Positions 8,273-21,474 of a DNA stretch of 63,377 nt are shown here, in pieces (the first letter of the stretch is position 1; every line of letters starts with the position of its first letter). Made by a program: the position numbers and the translations under genes. A model generated the notes under the pieces. That model was given only the letters and a program-made list of their open reading frames with translations, searched no databases and had not been told where the DNA came from. Origin of the DNA: an uncultured Muribaculaceae bacterium (GTDB taxonomy: Bacteria > Bacillota_I > Bacilli_A > RF39 > UBA660); assembly GCA_964486215.1 (NCBI GenBank), contig CAZALI010000004.1, positions 1-63,377 on the forward strand, read 5' to 3'.

Positions 8273-8977
8273 ATGGAGTATAAAATCACAGGTGGTAATT
8301 TACCAGTTGTCAGATGCAAATTAGAAAAAGGTGAAACTATTCATTGTGAATCAGGTGGTATGTCTTGGATGGATAATACCTTTAAAATGGATACTAATAC
8401 TGGAGGAGCTAAGACTTTCTTCTCTAAGTTTGTCACAGCTGAAAAATTAATGCGTAATAAATATACTGCTGAAGAAGATGGTGAAATAGCTTTTGCTAGT
8501 TGTTTTCCAGGATCTATTGGAGCTATGGAAATAAAAGAAGGAGAAACACTAATTGCCCAAGATAGTGCTTATTTAGCTGATTATGGTAATATCTCTATGT
8601 CTATTTTCTTCCAAAAGAAAATAGGAACTGGTCTTTTTGGTGGAAAAGGATTTATCATGCAAAAATTCGTAGGTGAGGGAACTGTTTTTCTTGAATTTGA
8701 TGGATCAGTTACTGAATATGAATTAGCTGAAGGTGAAAAGAAAATTATTGATACTGGTTATTTAGTTGCTATGGAAGGATCATGTAGTATGGATATTACT
8801 ATGATTAAAGGCGTTAAAAATATTTTCTTTGGTGGAGAAGGTCTTTTCAATACTACTGTAACTGGACCTGGAAAAATTTATATTCAATCAATGCCTATAT
8901 CTAAAGTAGCTAATAAAATGTATTACTATATGCCAGGAAAAACAACCACAACTTATACAAATACATCAGAAGAATAG
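8273..8977 (+). CDS. AIM24 / TIGR00266-family protein
   Basis: MEYKITGGNLPVVRCKLEKGETIHCESGGMSWM... matches the characteristic N-terminus and length of the AIM24 (DUF124) family. Start moved to ATG 8273 after GGAGGT. Confidence 0.75.
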   Translation: MEYKITGGNLPVVRCKLEKGETIHCESGGMSWMDNTFKMDTNTGGAKTFFSKFVTAEKLMRNKYTAEEDGEIAFASCFPGSIGAMEIKEGETLIAQDSAYLADYGNISMSIFFQKKIGTGLFGGKGFIMQKFVGEGTVFLEFDGSVTEYELAEGEKKIIDTGYLVAMEGSCSMDITMIKGVKNIFFGGEGLFNTTVTGPGKIYIQSMPISKVANKMYYYMPGKTTTTYTNTSEE

Positions 8978-8984
8978 GTGCTAT

Positions 8985-11075
8985 ATGGATTTAAGTGAAT
9001 TAAATGAAAGACAAAAAGAAGCGGTTCTATATAATGAAGGACCACTTTTAATAATAGCTGGAGCTGGAGCTGGTAAGACTAAAACATTAACTACTAAAAT
9101 AGCTTATTTGATTGAGAATGGAGTACATCCAGAGAATATTTTAGCTATAACTTTTACTAATAAGGCAGCTAAAGAAATGAAAGATAGATGTTTCTCTTTA
9201 ATTGGCAACTTAGCTAAATTACTTCAAGTATCTACTTTTCATAGTTTTGGTTTAAGAATACTAAGAGAAAATTATGATAGATTAGGCTATGATAAGAACT
9301 TTAATATTATGGATGCAGATGATTCTTTAACAGTTGTTAAAAAGATTATTAAAGACTTAAACTTAGATACTAAGACTTATAGTCCTAAAGCTATAAGAAA
9401 TCAGATAAGTAGCTGTAAAAATGAACTTATTTCACCTGAACAATATAAAAAGTATACTGTAAGTGACTATGAAGAAGTAATATATAAAGTTTATAAATTA
9501 TACGATGAAAAGCTACAGAAAAATAATGCTGTAGATTTTGATGATCTTTTAATTTTACCAATAAAATTATTTAGAGAACACAAAGATGTTTTAGAAGCAT
9601 ATCAAGAATTATTTAAATACGTCTTAATAGATGAATATCAAGATACTAATGAAGCTCAATATATTTTAACTAAATTAATTAGTGAAAAGTATGAAAATAT
9701 TACTTGTGTAGGTGATGATTGTCAAAGTATATACTCATTTAGAGGAGCTAATTATAAAAATATCCTAAACTTTGAAAAAGATTATCCAAATGCTAAGATA
9801 ATTCTTCTAGAACAAAATTATCGTTCTACTACTACTATACTAGAGGCAGCTAATGATGTTATCAGGAATAATAAAGAAAGAAAAGATAAGAAACTATGGA
9901 CATCTCGTGGAGAAGGAGAAAAGATAAATTACTATAAAGCTCTTAATGAACAAGATGAAGCAGGATATGTCGTTAAATCTATTAAAGAATTATTAGATAA
10001 TGGAGCTAAATACGAAGATATAGCTGTTCTTTATAGAACTAATGCTCAATCACGTCCTATGGAAGAAGCTATGTTAAAAGCAAATTTACCATATAGAGTA
10101 GTAGGTAGTTTTTACTTCTATTCCCGTGCTGAGATTAAAAATTTAATAGCTTATTTAAGACTAATACATAATTCTAAAGATAATGTTTCTCTACTTAGAG
10201 TAATTAATACTCCAAAAAGAGGTATAGGTCTAAAGACAATTCAAAATATAACAGAAAAAGCTGATAAAGAAAAAGTCTCTATGTTTGAAGCTATCTCTTC
10301 AGGTAAAGAATTAATCTTTAAACAGTTAATAGAAAAGCTACAAGAAGAAGCAAAAGATTTAACTCTTACAGAATTAATAGATAGAGTATTAATAGAGAGT
10401 GGATTAAAAGAAGAATTAGAAGCTGAAAAAACATTAGAGTCAGAAATAAGACTAGAAAACTTAGAAGAATTTAAGTCTATTACAAAGACTTTCGAAGAAG
10501 AAGAAGGAGATATTTCTCTAGAAGATTTCTTACTTGAAATTAGCCTAATATCTGATGTTGAAGAGTATAAAGATGATAAGAATAGAGTAAGTTTAATGAC
10601 CATACATTCTGTTAAAGGATTAGAATTTCCATATGTATTTGTAATAGGTATGGAAGAAGGATTATTCCCACATATGAATTCCATAATGGAGAGTGGTGAA
10701 GTAGAAGAAGAGAGAAGATTGATGTATGTAGCTTTAACACGAGCTAAAGATTTATTGTATTTAGTTAATGCTAGACAGAGAACTTTATTTGGTAATAATC
10801 AAGTAAATCCTACAAGTCGTTTTATAAATGAAATAGATAAGAGTCTACTGAATGTTATTAATAATGAAGAAAAAGAAAAAGTAGTAAAACTAGATACAAA
10901 TGATGTCTTCAGAAAAGAAGAAGTAGACTATCAAGTAGGAGATTTAGTTTATCATGAGACATTTGGTACTGGTAAAGTTGTAGAAGTATCAAATACTTTG
11001 GTAAGTGTAGCCTTTAAACATCCATATGGAATTAAAAAGTTAATGAAAAATCATAAGAAGTTATCTAAGATATAA
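8985..11075 (+). CDS. pcrA: ATP-dependent DNA helicase PcrA (UvrD family)
   Basis: Walker A AGAGAGKTKT, DEYQDTN, QNYRS, TIHSVKGLEF, VALTRA helicase motifs. Lies upstream of ligA as in Bacillus. Confidence 0.95.
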   Translation: MDLSELNERQKEAVLYNEGPLLIIAGAGAGKTKTLTTKIAYLIENGVHPENILAITFTNKAAKEMKDRCFSLIGNLAKLLQVSTFHSFGLRILRENYDRLGYDKNFNIMDADDSLTVVKKIIKDLNLDTKTYSPKAIRNQISSCKNELISPEQYKKYTVSDYEEVIYKVYKLYDEKLQKNNAVDFDDLLILPIKLFREHKDVLEAYQELFKYVLIDEYQDTNEAQYILTKLISEKYENITCVGDDCQSIYSFRGANYKNILNFEKDYPNAKIILLEQNYRSTTTILEAANDVIRNNKERKDKKLWTSRGEGEKINYYKALNEQDEAGYVVKSIKELLDNGAKYEDIAVLYRTNAQSRPMEEAMLKANLPYRVVGSFYFYSRAEIKNLIAYLRLIHNSKDNVSLLRVINTPKRGIGLKTIQNITEKADKEKVSMFEAISSGKELIFKQLIEKLQEEAKDLTLTELIDRVLIESGLKEELEAEKTLESEIRLENLEEFKSITKTFEEEEGDISLEDFLLEISLISDVEEYKDDKNRVSLMTIHSVKGLEFPYVFVIGMEEGLFPHMNSIMESGEVEEERRLMYVALTRAKDLLYLVNARQRTLFGNNQVNPTSRFINEIDKSLLNVINNEEKEKVVKLDTNDVFRKEEVDYQVGDLVYHETFGTGKVVEVSNTLVSVAFKHPYGIKKLMKNHKKLSKI

Positions 11076-11128
11076 AGTTGACAGTTATCATAATAAGTGT
11101 TTATATAAAGCTATAAGGAGGCCTTAAT

Positions 11129-12043
11129 ATGGATAAAACTTTAGTTATATTAGCTGCTGGTATGGGTAGTAGATTTGGAGGATTAAAACAAATTACACCT
11201 ATGGGACCAAATGGTGAATTCATAATAGATTATTCTATATATGATGCTATTAAAGCAGGCTTTAACAAAGTAGTATTTATTATTAAAGAGGAGAATTTAA
11301 AGGATTTTAAAGAAACTATAGGTAAAAGAATAGAGAAACTTATTAAAACAGAATATGTTTTCCAAAATAATGATAATGTACCAGATAAATATGATAAGTT
11401 AAAAAATAGAGAAAAGCCACTTGGCACAGCCCATGCTGTACTTTGCTGTAAAGATGTAGTAAATGAACCATTTTTAGTTATAAATGCAGATGACTTTTAT
11501 AGTTATGATGCTTTCAAAGAAGCAAGTGATTACCTAGAGGTATGTTCACGTAGTAAAAAGCCATATCACTATGGAATGATTGTTTATAATGTTGAAAATA
11601 CTATTCTAGCTGCTGGGCCAGTAAAAAGAGGTGTCTGTGACATAAAAGATGGTAAGTTAATGGGCTATGCTGAAAGTAGAGTAGAGGAAGTAGATGGAAA
11701 GATCTATGCAGAGCCATTATCTGGTGGAGAAAGAAAAGAAGTTCCTACTCATACACCAGTTAATATGAATGTACTTGCTCTAGAACCAACACTTTTTCCA
11801 TTTATAGAAAAGGAATTTAAAGAATTTTTAGAGAAGAATAAAGATAACCCAGAAGGTTGTGAAATATATATTCCAGAAGTATTATTTGATGCTTCTCATG
11901 AAAGCTATGCTATTATTGATGCTATTCCTACAACAGGAGTATGGCATGGTGTAACATACAAAGAAGATACTCCAGAAGTTAAAAAAGCTATCCACAAACT
12001 AGTCAAAGAAAAAGAATATCCAAGTAATTTATGGAATAAATAG
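11129..12043 (+). CDS. Sugar-phosphate nucleotidyltransferase family protein
   Basis: N-terminal LAAGMGSRFGGLKQ nucleotide-binding signature and a PLGTAHAV block. Substrate not assignable. Confidence 0.75.
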   Translation: MDKTLVILAAGMGSRFGGLKQITPMGPNGEFIIDYSIYDAIKAGFNKVVFIIKEENLKDFKETIGKRIEKLIKTEYVFQNNDNVPDKYDKLKNREKPLGTAHAVLCCKDVVNEPFLVINADDFYSYDAFKEASDYLEVCSRSKKPYHYGMIVYNVENTILAAGPVKRGVCDIKDGKLMGYAESRVEEVDGKIYAEPLSGGERKEVPTHTPVNMNVLALEPTLFPFIEKEFKEFLEKNKDNPEGCEIYIPEVLFDASHESYAIIDAIPTTGVWHGVTYKEDTPEVKKAIHKLVKEKEYPSNLWNK

Positions 12044-12069
12044 TCTAAGTAATCTTAGACTTTTTTATT
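12042..12069 (+). terminator. Rho-independent terminator
   Basis: Stem AGTCTAAG / CTTAGACT with loop TAAT, then TTTTTT; overlaps the stop codon. Confidence 0.75.
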
Positions 12070-12085
12070 TATGAAAAGTGTTTTA

Positions 12086-12094
12086 TGATATAAT
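12086..12094 (+). promoter_or_regulatory. Extended -10 promoter (TGATATAAT)
   Basis: Exact TGnTATAAT, 20 nt upstream of the 12114 start. Confidence 0.5.
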
Positions 12095-12113
12095 AAGAGC
12101 AGTGGGTGGTTGA

Positions 12114-14850
<2,737 letters not shown>

Positions 14851-14859
14851 ACACTAAAA

Positions 14860-14868
14860 TGATATAAT
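14860..14868 (+). promoter_or_regulatory. Extended -10 promoter (TGATATAAT)
   Basis: Exact 9-mer in the 40-nt gap between ligA and the next gene. Confidence 0.4.
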
Positions 14869-14890
14869 ATGTATGTTCGAGGTGAGCAAA

Positions 14891-15664
14891 ATGCCTAAGA
14901 AAAAGACTACTAAAAAGACAACTAAAAAAGATAGAGAAAAACTACAAAAAGAAGTGGATAAAGAGATAAAGAAGAACTTCTCTGATACTCCATTATTGAC
15001 ACCTATAGAAAACAGTGAAAAAGATATTAAAGATATAAAAGTACAAAAAGAAGAAAAAGCTAAGAAAAGTCCTAGTAAAAAGACAAATATTATTTTAAAT
15101 ATTATTTTAGGACTTCTAGTACTTGCTATTATCTTAATAGCTATCGATGTAGTATGCGTATCTAAATATAATAAAGGTCCATACTTTGCTATACCAGTAA
15201 AGAAATATAAAGATGGTGGAACTAAGACATATATAGGTTTAGGCTATAAAGTAATTGACTATAACCAAAAACAAGGTAGACGTGATAAGACTATTGGTCT
15301 ATGGACTATGAAGTATTATACTGAGCCAAGAAATATTGTTATTTTTGATTTAGCTATAGAGTTTGAAGAAGATGCTAAAGCTGCTTTAAAGAATTACTAT
15401 AAACAATTTATTAGAGTAACTGGTGAAGTAAAAGAAATAGATGAAAAGAATAATAAAATGATTCTAGAATTTGCTGATGAAGGTGGCAAATATATAATAG
15501 ACTTAGATTGTTCTATGGCAGAAAAAGATAGTCTAAAAGATCTTAAGAAAGGTGATAATGCTAGACTAATTGGTACTATTACCGGATTTGCTATGAAGAC
15601 TAAGAAACTTCCAAATACTGTCTTCATAGAAGATTGCTTTGCTGAAAAGGTAACAGAAGAATAG
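14891..15664 (+). CDS. Hypothetical single-pass membrane protein (Lys-rich N-terminus)
   Basis: Start at ATG 14891 (MPKKKTTKK) after GAGGTGA. One TM segment (IILNIILGLLVLAIILIAIDVV); no recognisable domain. Confidence 0.7.
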   Translation: MPKKKTTKKTTKKDREKLQKEVDKEIKKNFSDTPLLTPIENSEKDIKDIKVQKEEKAKKSPSKKTNIILNIILGLLVLAIILIAIDVVCVSKYNKGPYFAIPVKKYKDGGTKTYIGLGYKVIDYNQKQGRRDKTIGLWTMKYYTEPRNIVIFDLAIEFEEDAKAALKNYYKQFIRVTGEVKEIDEKNNKMILEFADEGGKYIIDLDCSMAEKDSLKDLKKGDNARLIGTITGFAMKTKKLPNTVFIEDCFAEKVTEE

Positions 15665-15684
15665 TTTGACTATTCTTTTTTTAT
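15657..15684 (+). terminator. Rho-independent terminator
   Basis: Stem AAGAATAG / CTATTCTT with a 5-nt loop and a T-run; overlaps the stop codon. Confidence 0.7.
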
Positions 15685-15701
15685 TAAAAGATACTAATAT
15701 A

Positions 15702-15710
15702 TGATATAAT
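15702..15710 (+). promoter_or_regulatory. Extended -10 promoter (TGATATAAT) of gatCAB
   Basis: Exact 9-mer, 26 nt upstream of the gatC start. Confidence 0.5.
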
Positions 15711-15735
15711 ATATTCAGTCCGAGGAGATGTTTTT

Positions 15736-16044
15736 ATGAAGGAAAAATTAACTAAAGAACAAGTTCTACATGTAGCTAATTTAGCTAGAATTAAAGTAGA
15801 TGAAAAAGAAATAGAAAAGTACCAAGTAGAGTTAAAACAATTACTAGATGACGTAGAAAAGATTACTGAAGTAGAAGACTATGATGAAGATATTATGATT
15901 GCTCCTTGGGATCATAATACTACTCTAAGAAAAGATGAAGAGAAAGATATGTTAGAAGCTAAAGAAGTATTAAAAAATGCTCCTCATCATAGTGGTAACT
16001 ATATAACAGTCCCAGTAGTAATTGGTGAAAGTGAAGGTGCTTAA
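15736..16044 (+). CDS. gatC: Asp/Glu-tRNA amidotransferase subunit C
   Basis: 102-aa protein with VLHVANLARIKV... typical of GatC; directly abuts gatA. Confidence 0.9.
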   Translation: MKEKLTKEQVLHVANLARIKVDEKEIEKYQVELKQLLDDVEKITEVEDYDEDIMIAPWDHNTTLRKDEEKDMLEAKEVLKNAPHHSGNYITVPVVIGESEGA

Positions 16045-17493
16045 ATGAAGTATTTAGATAAACCTATCATTGAAATAAATGAACTATTAAAAGAAGGCAC
16101 TATTAAACCAATAGATTTAGTAGAAGAAGCTTTTAATAATATTGAAGAGAATAAAGAGTTAAATGCTTATATTACTCTAAATAAGGAAGAAGCTATAAAT
16201 GAAGCTAAAGAATTAGAAGGACAAGAAGTAGATAACATCTTATTTGGTATACCAATAGCTGTAAAAGATAATATTTTAACTAAAGATTTAAGAACTACCG
16301 CAGCCTCTCATATCCTAGATAATTTTATTCCTATCTATGATGCTACTGTTGTAGAAAAGATAAAAGGAAAACATATGATTATTATTGGTAAAACTAATAT
16401 GGATGAATTTGCTATGGGTTCCTCTTCAAGAACTTCTTATTTTGGAGCTCCTAAAAATCCATGGAACAATAATAAAATATCAGGCGGATCTAGTGGTGGA
16501 AGTGCTACTACTATTTCATCTCGTGACTTACCATTTGCTTTAGGTACTGATACAGGTGGTTCTATTAGACAACCATCTGCTTATACCGGAATAGTTGGTA
16601 TGAAGCCAACATATGGTAGAGTATCTCGTTATGGAGTAATAGCTTTTGCTTCATCATTAGACCAAGTAGGTGCTATGACTACTAATGTTTTAAATAATGC
16701 ACTACTTTTAAATGTTATTAGTGGTCATGATGATAAAGACTTAACTTCTTCTCCAAAAGAAGTAGATGACTATACTAAATTTATTGGTAAAGACATAAAA
16801 GATAAAAAGATAGCTGTACCAAATTACTTTATGAGTGACATTGTCGATATCGAAATAAGAAAAAAGATAGAAGAAGTTATTGATATGTTAAAAGGAAATG
16901 GTGCTATCGTAGACTATGTCGATATGAAGTACTTAGAAAATGCTGTAACACTATATCAGATTATTGCTATGGGAGAAGCCTCTTCTAACTTAGCTAGATA
17001 TGATGGTATAAGATATGGCTTATCTTATGAAAATCCAAAGAATCATGATGATTTATACTTAGAGACAAGACGTGAAGGATTTGGTAAAGAAGTAAAAAGA
17101 AGAATAATGGTAGGTTCTTACTTATTAAGTGGAGAAAATGCTAAGACTTATTATAATAAAGCTCTATCTATTAGAGATGATATGACTAAAGAATTTGCTA
17201 AAGTATTTAAAGACTATGATTATATCATAGGTCCAACTACGACAACTACTGCCTATAACTTATCTGATCCTATGGATGATCCATCTAAGAGCTTTATGGA
17301 TGATGTTTTAGTAATACCAGTAAATATGGCTGGATTACCTGGTTTAAGCATACCAGTAGGCTTTTCTAAGGATAAAATGCCAATAGGCTTACATATTATA
17401 GGTGATAAGTTTGAAGAAGCTGAAATGTACAGATTAGCTAGCTTTATAGAGAATAAATTAGACTTAGATCTAAATCCGAAAGGAGGTAGATAA
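16045..17493 (+). CDS. gatA: Asp/Glu-tRNA amidotransferase subunit A
   Basis: Amidase signature GGSSGGSA...GTDTGGSIRQPSA. Confidence 0.95.
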   Translation: MKYLDKPIIEINELLKEGTIKPIDLVEEAFNNIEENKELNAYITLNKEEAINEAKELEGQEVDNILFGIPIAVKDNILTKDLRTTAASHILDNFIPIYDATVVEKIKGKHMIIIGKTNMDEFAMGSSSRTSYFGAPKNPWNNNKISGGSSGGSATTISSRDLPFALGTDTGGSIRQPSAYTGIVGMKPTYGRVSRYGVIAFASSLDQVGAMTTNVLNNALLLNVISGHDDKDLTSSPKEVDDYTKFIGKDIKDKKIAVPNYFMSDIVDIEIRKKIEEVIDMLKGNGAIVDYVDMKYLENAVTLYQIIAMGEASSNLARYDGIRYGLSYENPKNHDDLYLETRREGFGKEVKRRIMVGSYLLSGENAKTYYNKALSIRDDMTKEFAKVFKDYDYIIGPTTTTTAYNLSDPMDDPSKSFMDDVLVIPVNMAGLPGLSIPVGFSKDKMPIGLHIIGDKFEEAEMYRLASFIENKLDLDLNPKGGR

Positions 17494-17494
17494 T

Positions 17495-18919
17495 ATGTCT
17501 AAGTATATTAAAACTATTGGTATTGAAGTCCATGTAGAATTAAAAACTAAATCAAAGATCTTTTCTACATCACGTAATGGCTATGGACAAATGGCTAACT
17601 CTTTAACTAATGTAGTAGATTTAGGTTATCCAGGTACATTGCCAACATTAAATGAAGAAGTAATAAATCTAGGTATAAAAGCCGCTACTATTCTTAATTG
17701 TAAAATTAGAAAAGAAATGTTCTTCGATAGAAAGAATTACTTCTATCCAGATAATCCAAAGAATTATCAAATTACTCAAGCTAGAACTCCAATAGGATAT
17801 GATGGTTATGTAGAAATAGAAGAAGATGGAGAGAAGAAAAAAATATACATAGAAGAAATGCATATTGAAGAAGATACTTGTAAATCTACTCATAGAACTG
17901 ATAAGACTCTTCTTGACTTCAATAGAGCAGGAGTACCTCTAATAGAGATTGTAACTAAACCATGTATATCTACTCCAAATGAAGCTAAATTATATCTAGA
18001 AAAATTAAAAGAATTATTATTCTATGCTGATGTATCTGATTGTAAGATGGAAGAAGGCTCTATGAGAGCTGATGCTAATATCTCTCTAAGAAAGAGTACT
18101 TCTGATCCATTAGGTACTAAAGTAGAAGTAAAGAATATTGGTTCTATTTCTAATGTAAAATTAGCTCTCGAAAAAGAAGCTATTCGTCAAGAAAAGATGC
18201 TAGATAATGGCGAAGAATTTAGAGAACAAACTAGACGTTTCGATGATAAAATATCTGATACTGTTTTAATGAGAGTAAAAGAAACTGGTAATGACTATCG
18301 TTATTTCCCAGAGCCAGATATTCCTACAGTTATAATAACTGATGAAAGAATAGAAGAAGTTAAAAAGACTATTCCTATGCTTCCAGATGAGAGAAAAGAA
18401 AGATATAAGAAATCAAATGTAAGTGATTTAAATATCAAGAAATTAATTTTAAATAGATCGTTATCTGATTACTTTAATGAACTATTAGATGAAGATATTG
18501 ATCATAATATCGCAGCTAATTTATTACTAGGAGATATTGAAGCATACTTAAATAAGAATGAAAAGACTATTTCTGATACAACTTTAACTAAAGAGAGATT
18601 TATTGATTTAGTAAAAGCTGTATCAAGTAAAGAACTAACTAGTAAGAACTTAAAAGATTTACTAGAACAAATTTTAACAGAAACTACTAGTATTAAAGAA
18701 ATTATCTCCTCATCTTCAGTAGAAAATATAACTGATACAACTGAGTTAAATTCTATTATAGATAAAATATTAAAAGAGAATGAATCTTCTGTTAATGACT
18801 ATAAAGCAGGCCATGATAGAGCCATTAAATATTTAATGGGACAAGTCATGAAAGAAACACATGGAGGAGCTAATCCATCTCTTGCTATGTCAATATTAAA
18901 AGATAAATTAGACAAGTAA
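17495..18919 (+). CDS. gatB: Asp/Glu-tRNA amidotransferase subunit B
   Basis: IGIEVHVEL, YPGTLP, DRKNYFYPD, NRAGVPLIEIV and a C-terminal YqeY-like GatB tail. Confidence 0.95.
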   Translation: MSKYIKTIGIEVHVELKTKSKIFSTSRNGYGQMANSLTNVVDLGYPGTLPTLNEEVINLGIKAATILNCKIRKEMFFDRKNYFYPDNPKNYQITQARTPIGYDGYVEIEEDGEKKKIYIEEMHIEEDTCKSTHRTDKTLLDFNRAGVPLIEIVTKPCISTPNEAKLYLEKLKELLFYADVSDCKMEEGSMRADANISLRKSTSDPLGTKVEVKNIGSISNVKLALEKEAIRQEKMLDNGEEFREQTRRFDDKISDTVLMRVKETGNDYRYFPEPDIPTVIITDERIEEVKKTIPMLPDERKERYKKSNVSDLNIKKLILNRSLSDYFNELLDEDIDHNIAANLLLGDIEAYLNKNEKTISDTTLTKERFIDLVKAVSSKELTSKNLKDLLEQILTETTSIKEIISSSSVENITDTTELNSIIDKILKENESSVNDYKAGHDRAIKYLMGQVMKETHGGANPSLAMSILKDKLDK

Positions 18920-18926
18920 TTGTAAA

Positions 18927-18955
18927 TTGAAAAAGCACTATACTTAGTGTATAAT
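18927..18955 (+). promoter_or_regulatory. Sigma-A type promoter
   Basis: TTGAAA (-35), 17-bp spacer, TATAAT (-10), upstream of the 18977 start. Confidence 0.55.
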
Positions 18956-18976
18956 TATAGAGTAGGATGTGATGAT

Positions 18977-19423
18977 ATGGAATTTGCTAAAAAGCATAAA
19001 AATACTGTAATTGCTATAATAATATTTTTCTTAGTATTAATAGTTTTCCTATATTTTAATAAAGTAATAAATACTAATGAGAATAAAGCAGTATATGGAA
19101 CTAGACTAGATAAAATAAAAGACATAAAAATAAGTGAAAATAGAGAATCTCAAGTAGAAGATGTATTCGCATCATCTGCTGAAGACGTATCTGTAAGAGA
19201 ACAAGGACGTATCATTGAAATAAATGTTGTTTTAAACAAAAATGTTGGTAGAGATAAAGCAAAAGAATTAGCTAAAAAAGCTTATAATATCTTCTCAGAT
19301 AAAGAAAGAAAAGCTTATGATATACAAATATTCTTCAGTAAGAAGAGTGATGATAAATCATTCCCAATAATTGGCTATGCTCATCATAATAAAAGTGGCT
19401 TTTCTTGGACGAAGGATAGATAA
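18977..19423 (+). CDS. Hypothetical N-terminally anchored protein
   Basis: Start at ATG 18977 (MEFAKKHKNTVIAIIIFFLVLIVFLYF). One TM segment; no recognisable domain. Confidence 0.7.
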   Translation: MEFAKKHKNTVIAIIIFFLVLIVFLYFNKVINTNENKAVYGTRLDKIKDIKISENRESQVEDVFASSAEDVSVREQGRIIEINVVLNKNVGRDKAKELAKKAYNIFSDKERKAYDIQIFFSKKSDDKSFPIIGYAHHNKSGFSWTKDR

Positions 19424-19426
19424 TTT

Positions 19427-21466
19427 ATGAAGAAAAGATTAATAATATTTTTACCATTAATAATTGCTATCACAGTCTTCGTACTAGTATATAGATATTA
19501 TAATAAAGAAGATAAGACTACTACTTTAACTATCAAAGAAAAAAGATGGGTAGAAGATAATAAAGATACTGCCTATGATTTTGAAGTTATTAATGATTAC
19601 CCATTATATGGAATAGATGGAAAAGGAGTATTTTTTAACTTTATTAAAGACTTTGAAGATAATATTGGTATAGATTTTAATGAAATACCATATTCTAAAA
19701 TAACATCTCCTAAAAACAAAGATTATCGTATTAGAATTCTAGATAAAGACAAAGATCTATCTAAAGATGATTTAAAGATTTTTGATGATTACTACGTAGT
19801 TATAGGTAAGACTTATCAAAGAATAAACCATATAAAAGATATGAAAAATCTAAATTTAGGTATTCTCAGTAGTGATAGTAAAGATATTAGTTATTACTTA
19901 AAGAGTGGATCTAATTTATCATATACTACTTATAATTCTATAGCTGAAGTATATGCAGCTCTAGATAAAGGCGAAGTTAATATGATAGTAGTTCCAAATA
20001 TAATGTATTTAAACTATACTATTGAAACTAATAAGTATCATATAAATTATTTCTTAACTGAAATGAGTAAACAAGTAGTATTAACTTTAAGTAAAGATAA
20101 TAATGAGTTAAATGAAATAGTACGTAAGTACTATAAGAAGTGGAAATTAACTAAATACGTTAAAGAATATAATAAAGAGTATTTAAACTATTATATAGAA
20201 AACAATAATATATCTGCTAAAACATTAGATAATTTAATATCTAAAAACTATGTATATGGTTATGCTGAAAATGAGCCATATGAAGCTAAAGTAAATAATA
20301 AGATGGCTGGTATTGCAGGAGAGTATATTGATAGGGCATCTCGTTTATCAGGTATCAACTTTAAGATTAAGAAATTTAAAACAAAAAAAGACTTAAAAGA
20401 AGCTATAGATAGGGGAGAAGTAGATATCTACTTTGACTACTATAACTACAATAATAATAAGTATTTAGCTACTATATCTCCATTTATTGAAGATTATGTC
20501 GTCTTAGGTAAAGAAAAAGATAATCATGTAGTAACATCATTTGAAAGTCTAAGAGGACAAAAAGTAGCTATGTTACAAGAAGATTCTTTATACAATTACT
20601 TTGAGAATAACTCTCGTACTAAGATAAGTACTTATCCTAATATTCATGATTTAGTAAAGAAATCTGATACTAAATTATTAATAGTAGATAATGAAGTATA
20701 TTCTCATTATCAAAATAATAAATTCTCTAAATATCAATTATTATATAAAGATACTATGATGAATGATTATAAATTCATGGTTAAAAAGAATAATAAAGAG
20801 TTCTATGATCTATTTAATTATATTATTAATACTAACTCTTATTATAACTATCGTAATAGTGGATTAAATAACTTACATGCATCACTTCTAGCTACTAGTA
20901 CTATGAGAGATGCCTATATAATTATATTAATACTTATATTTGCTCCAATTATTTTAATAACACTTATTTATTTATTCTTAAAGTATAAACATAAACTTAA
21001 AAAGATTAAGATAACTGATAGACATAAATATACAGATATGTTGACATCTCTAAAGAATAGGAACTATTTAAATGCTAAAATACCAGAATGGGAAGATTGC
21101 AAAGTATTCCCACAAGCAATAGTTATAGTAGATTTAAATAATGTTAAATACGTAAATGATAATTATGGTCATTCTGCAGGAGATGACTTAATAGTTAAAG
21201 CTGCCGGAGTACTAGTAAATACTCAATTAGAAAATAGTGAAATTATTCGTACAGATGGTAATGAATTCTTAATTTACCTAGTAGGCTATAGTGAAAAACA
21301 AGTAGCTACATATACTAAGAAATTATCTAAAGAAATGAAGTCACTTCCTCATGAATTTGGCGCAGCTATTGGCTTCAGTATGATTACTGATGATATAAAA
21401 ACACTTGATGATACAATTAATGAAGCAACTCTAGAAATGATTACAAATAAAGAAGAATATAAATAG
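19427..21466 (+). CDS. Membrane sensor: extracytoplasmic tandem solute-binding-like region, TM, degenerate GGDEF domain
   Basis: N-terminal TM, an extracellular part of about 470 aa, a second TM (IIILILIFAPIILITLIYLF), then a GGDEF fold (SLKNRNYL, DLNNVKYVNDNYGHSAGD). The signature reads DGNEF (21254..21268) instead of GG(D/E)EF. Confidence 0.8.
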   Translation: MKKRLIIFLPLIIAITVFVLVYRYYNKEDKTTTLTIKEKRWVEDNKDTAYDFEVINDYPLYGIDGKGVFFNFIKDFEDNIGIDFNEIPYSKITSPKNKDYRIRILDKDKDLSKDDLKIFDDYYVVIGKTYQRINHIKDMKNLNLGILSSDSKDISYYLKSGSNLSYTTYNSIAEVYAALDKGEVNMIVVPNIMYLNYTIETNKYHINYFLTEMSKQVVLTLSKDNNELNEIVRKYYKKWKLTKYVKEYNKEYLNYYIENNNISAKTLDNLISKNYVYGYAENEPYEAKVNNKMAGIAGEYIDRASRLSGINFKIKKFKTKKDLKEAIDRGEVDIYFDYYNYNNNKYLATISPFIEDYVVLGKEKDNHVVTSFESLRGQKVAMLQEDSLYNYFENNSRTKISTYPNIHDLVKKSDTKLLIVDNEVYSHYQNNKFSKYQLLYKDTMMNDYKFMVKKNNKEFYDLFNYIINTNSYYNYRNSGLNNLHASLLATSTMRDAYIIILILIFAPIILITLIYLFLKYKHKLKKIKITDRHKYTDMLTSLKNRNYLNAKIPEWEDCKVFPQAIVIVDLNNVKYVNDNYGHSAGDDLIVKAAGVLVNTQLENSEIIRTDGNEFLIYLVGYSEKQVATYTKKLSKEMKSLPHEFGAAIGFSMITDDIKTLDDTINEATLEMITNKEEYK

Positions 21467-21474
21467 GAGTAATT

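Noticed and set aside
10241-10684. 147-aa antisense ORF inside pcrA
   Set aside because: pcrA helicase motifs occupy the plus strand throughout. The antisense product is a Ser/Phe/Leu-rich artefact of the Glu/Lys-rich region.
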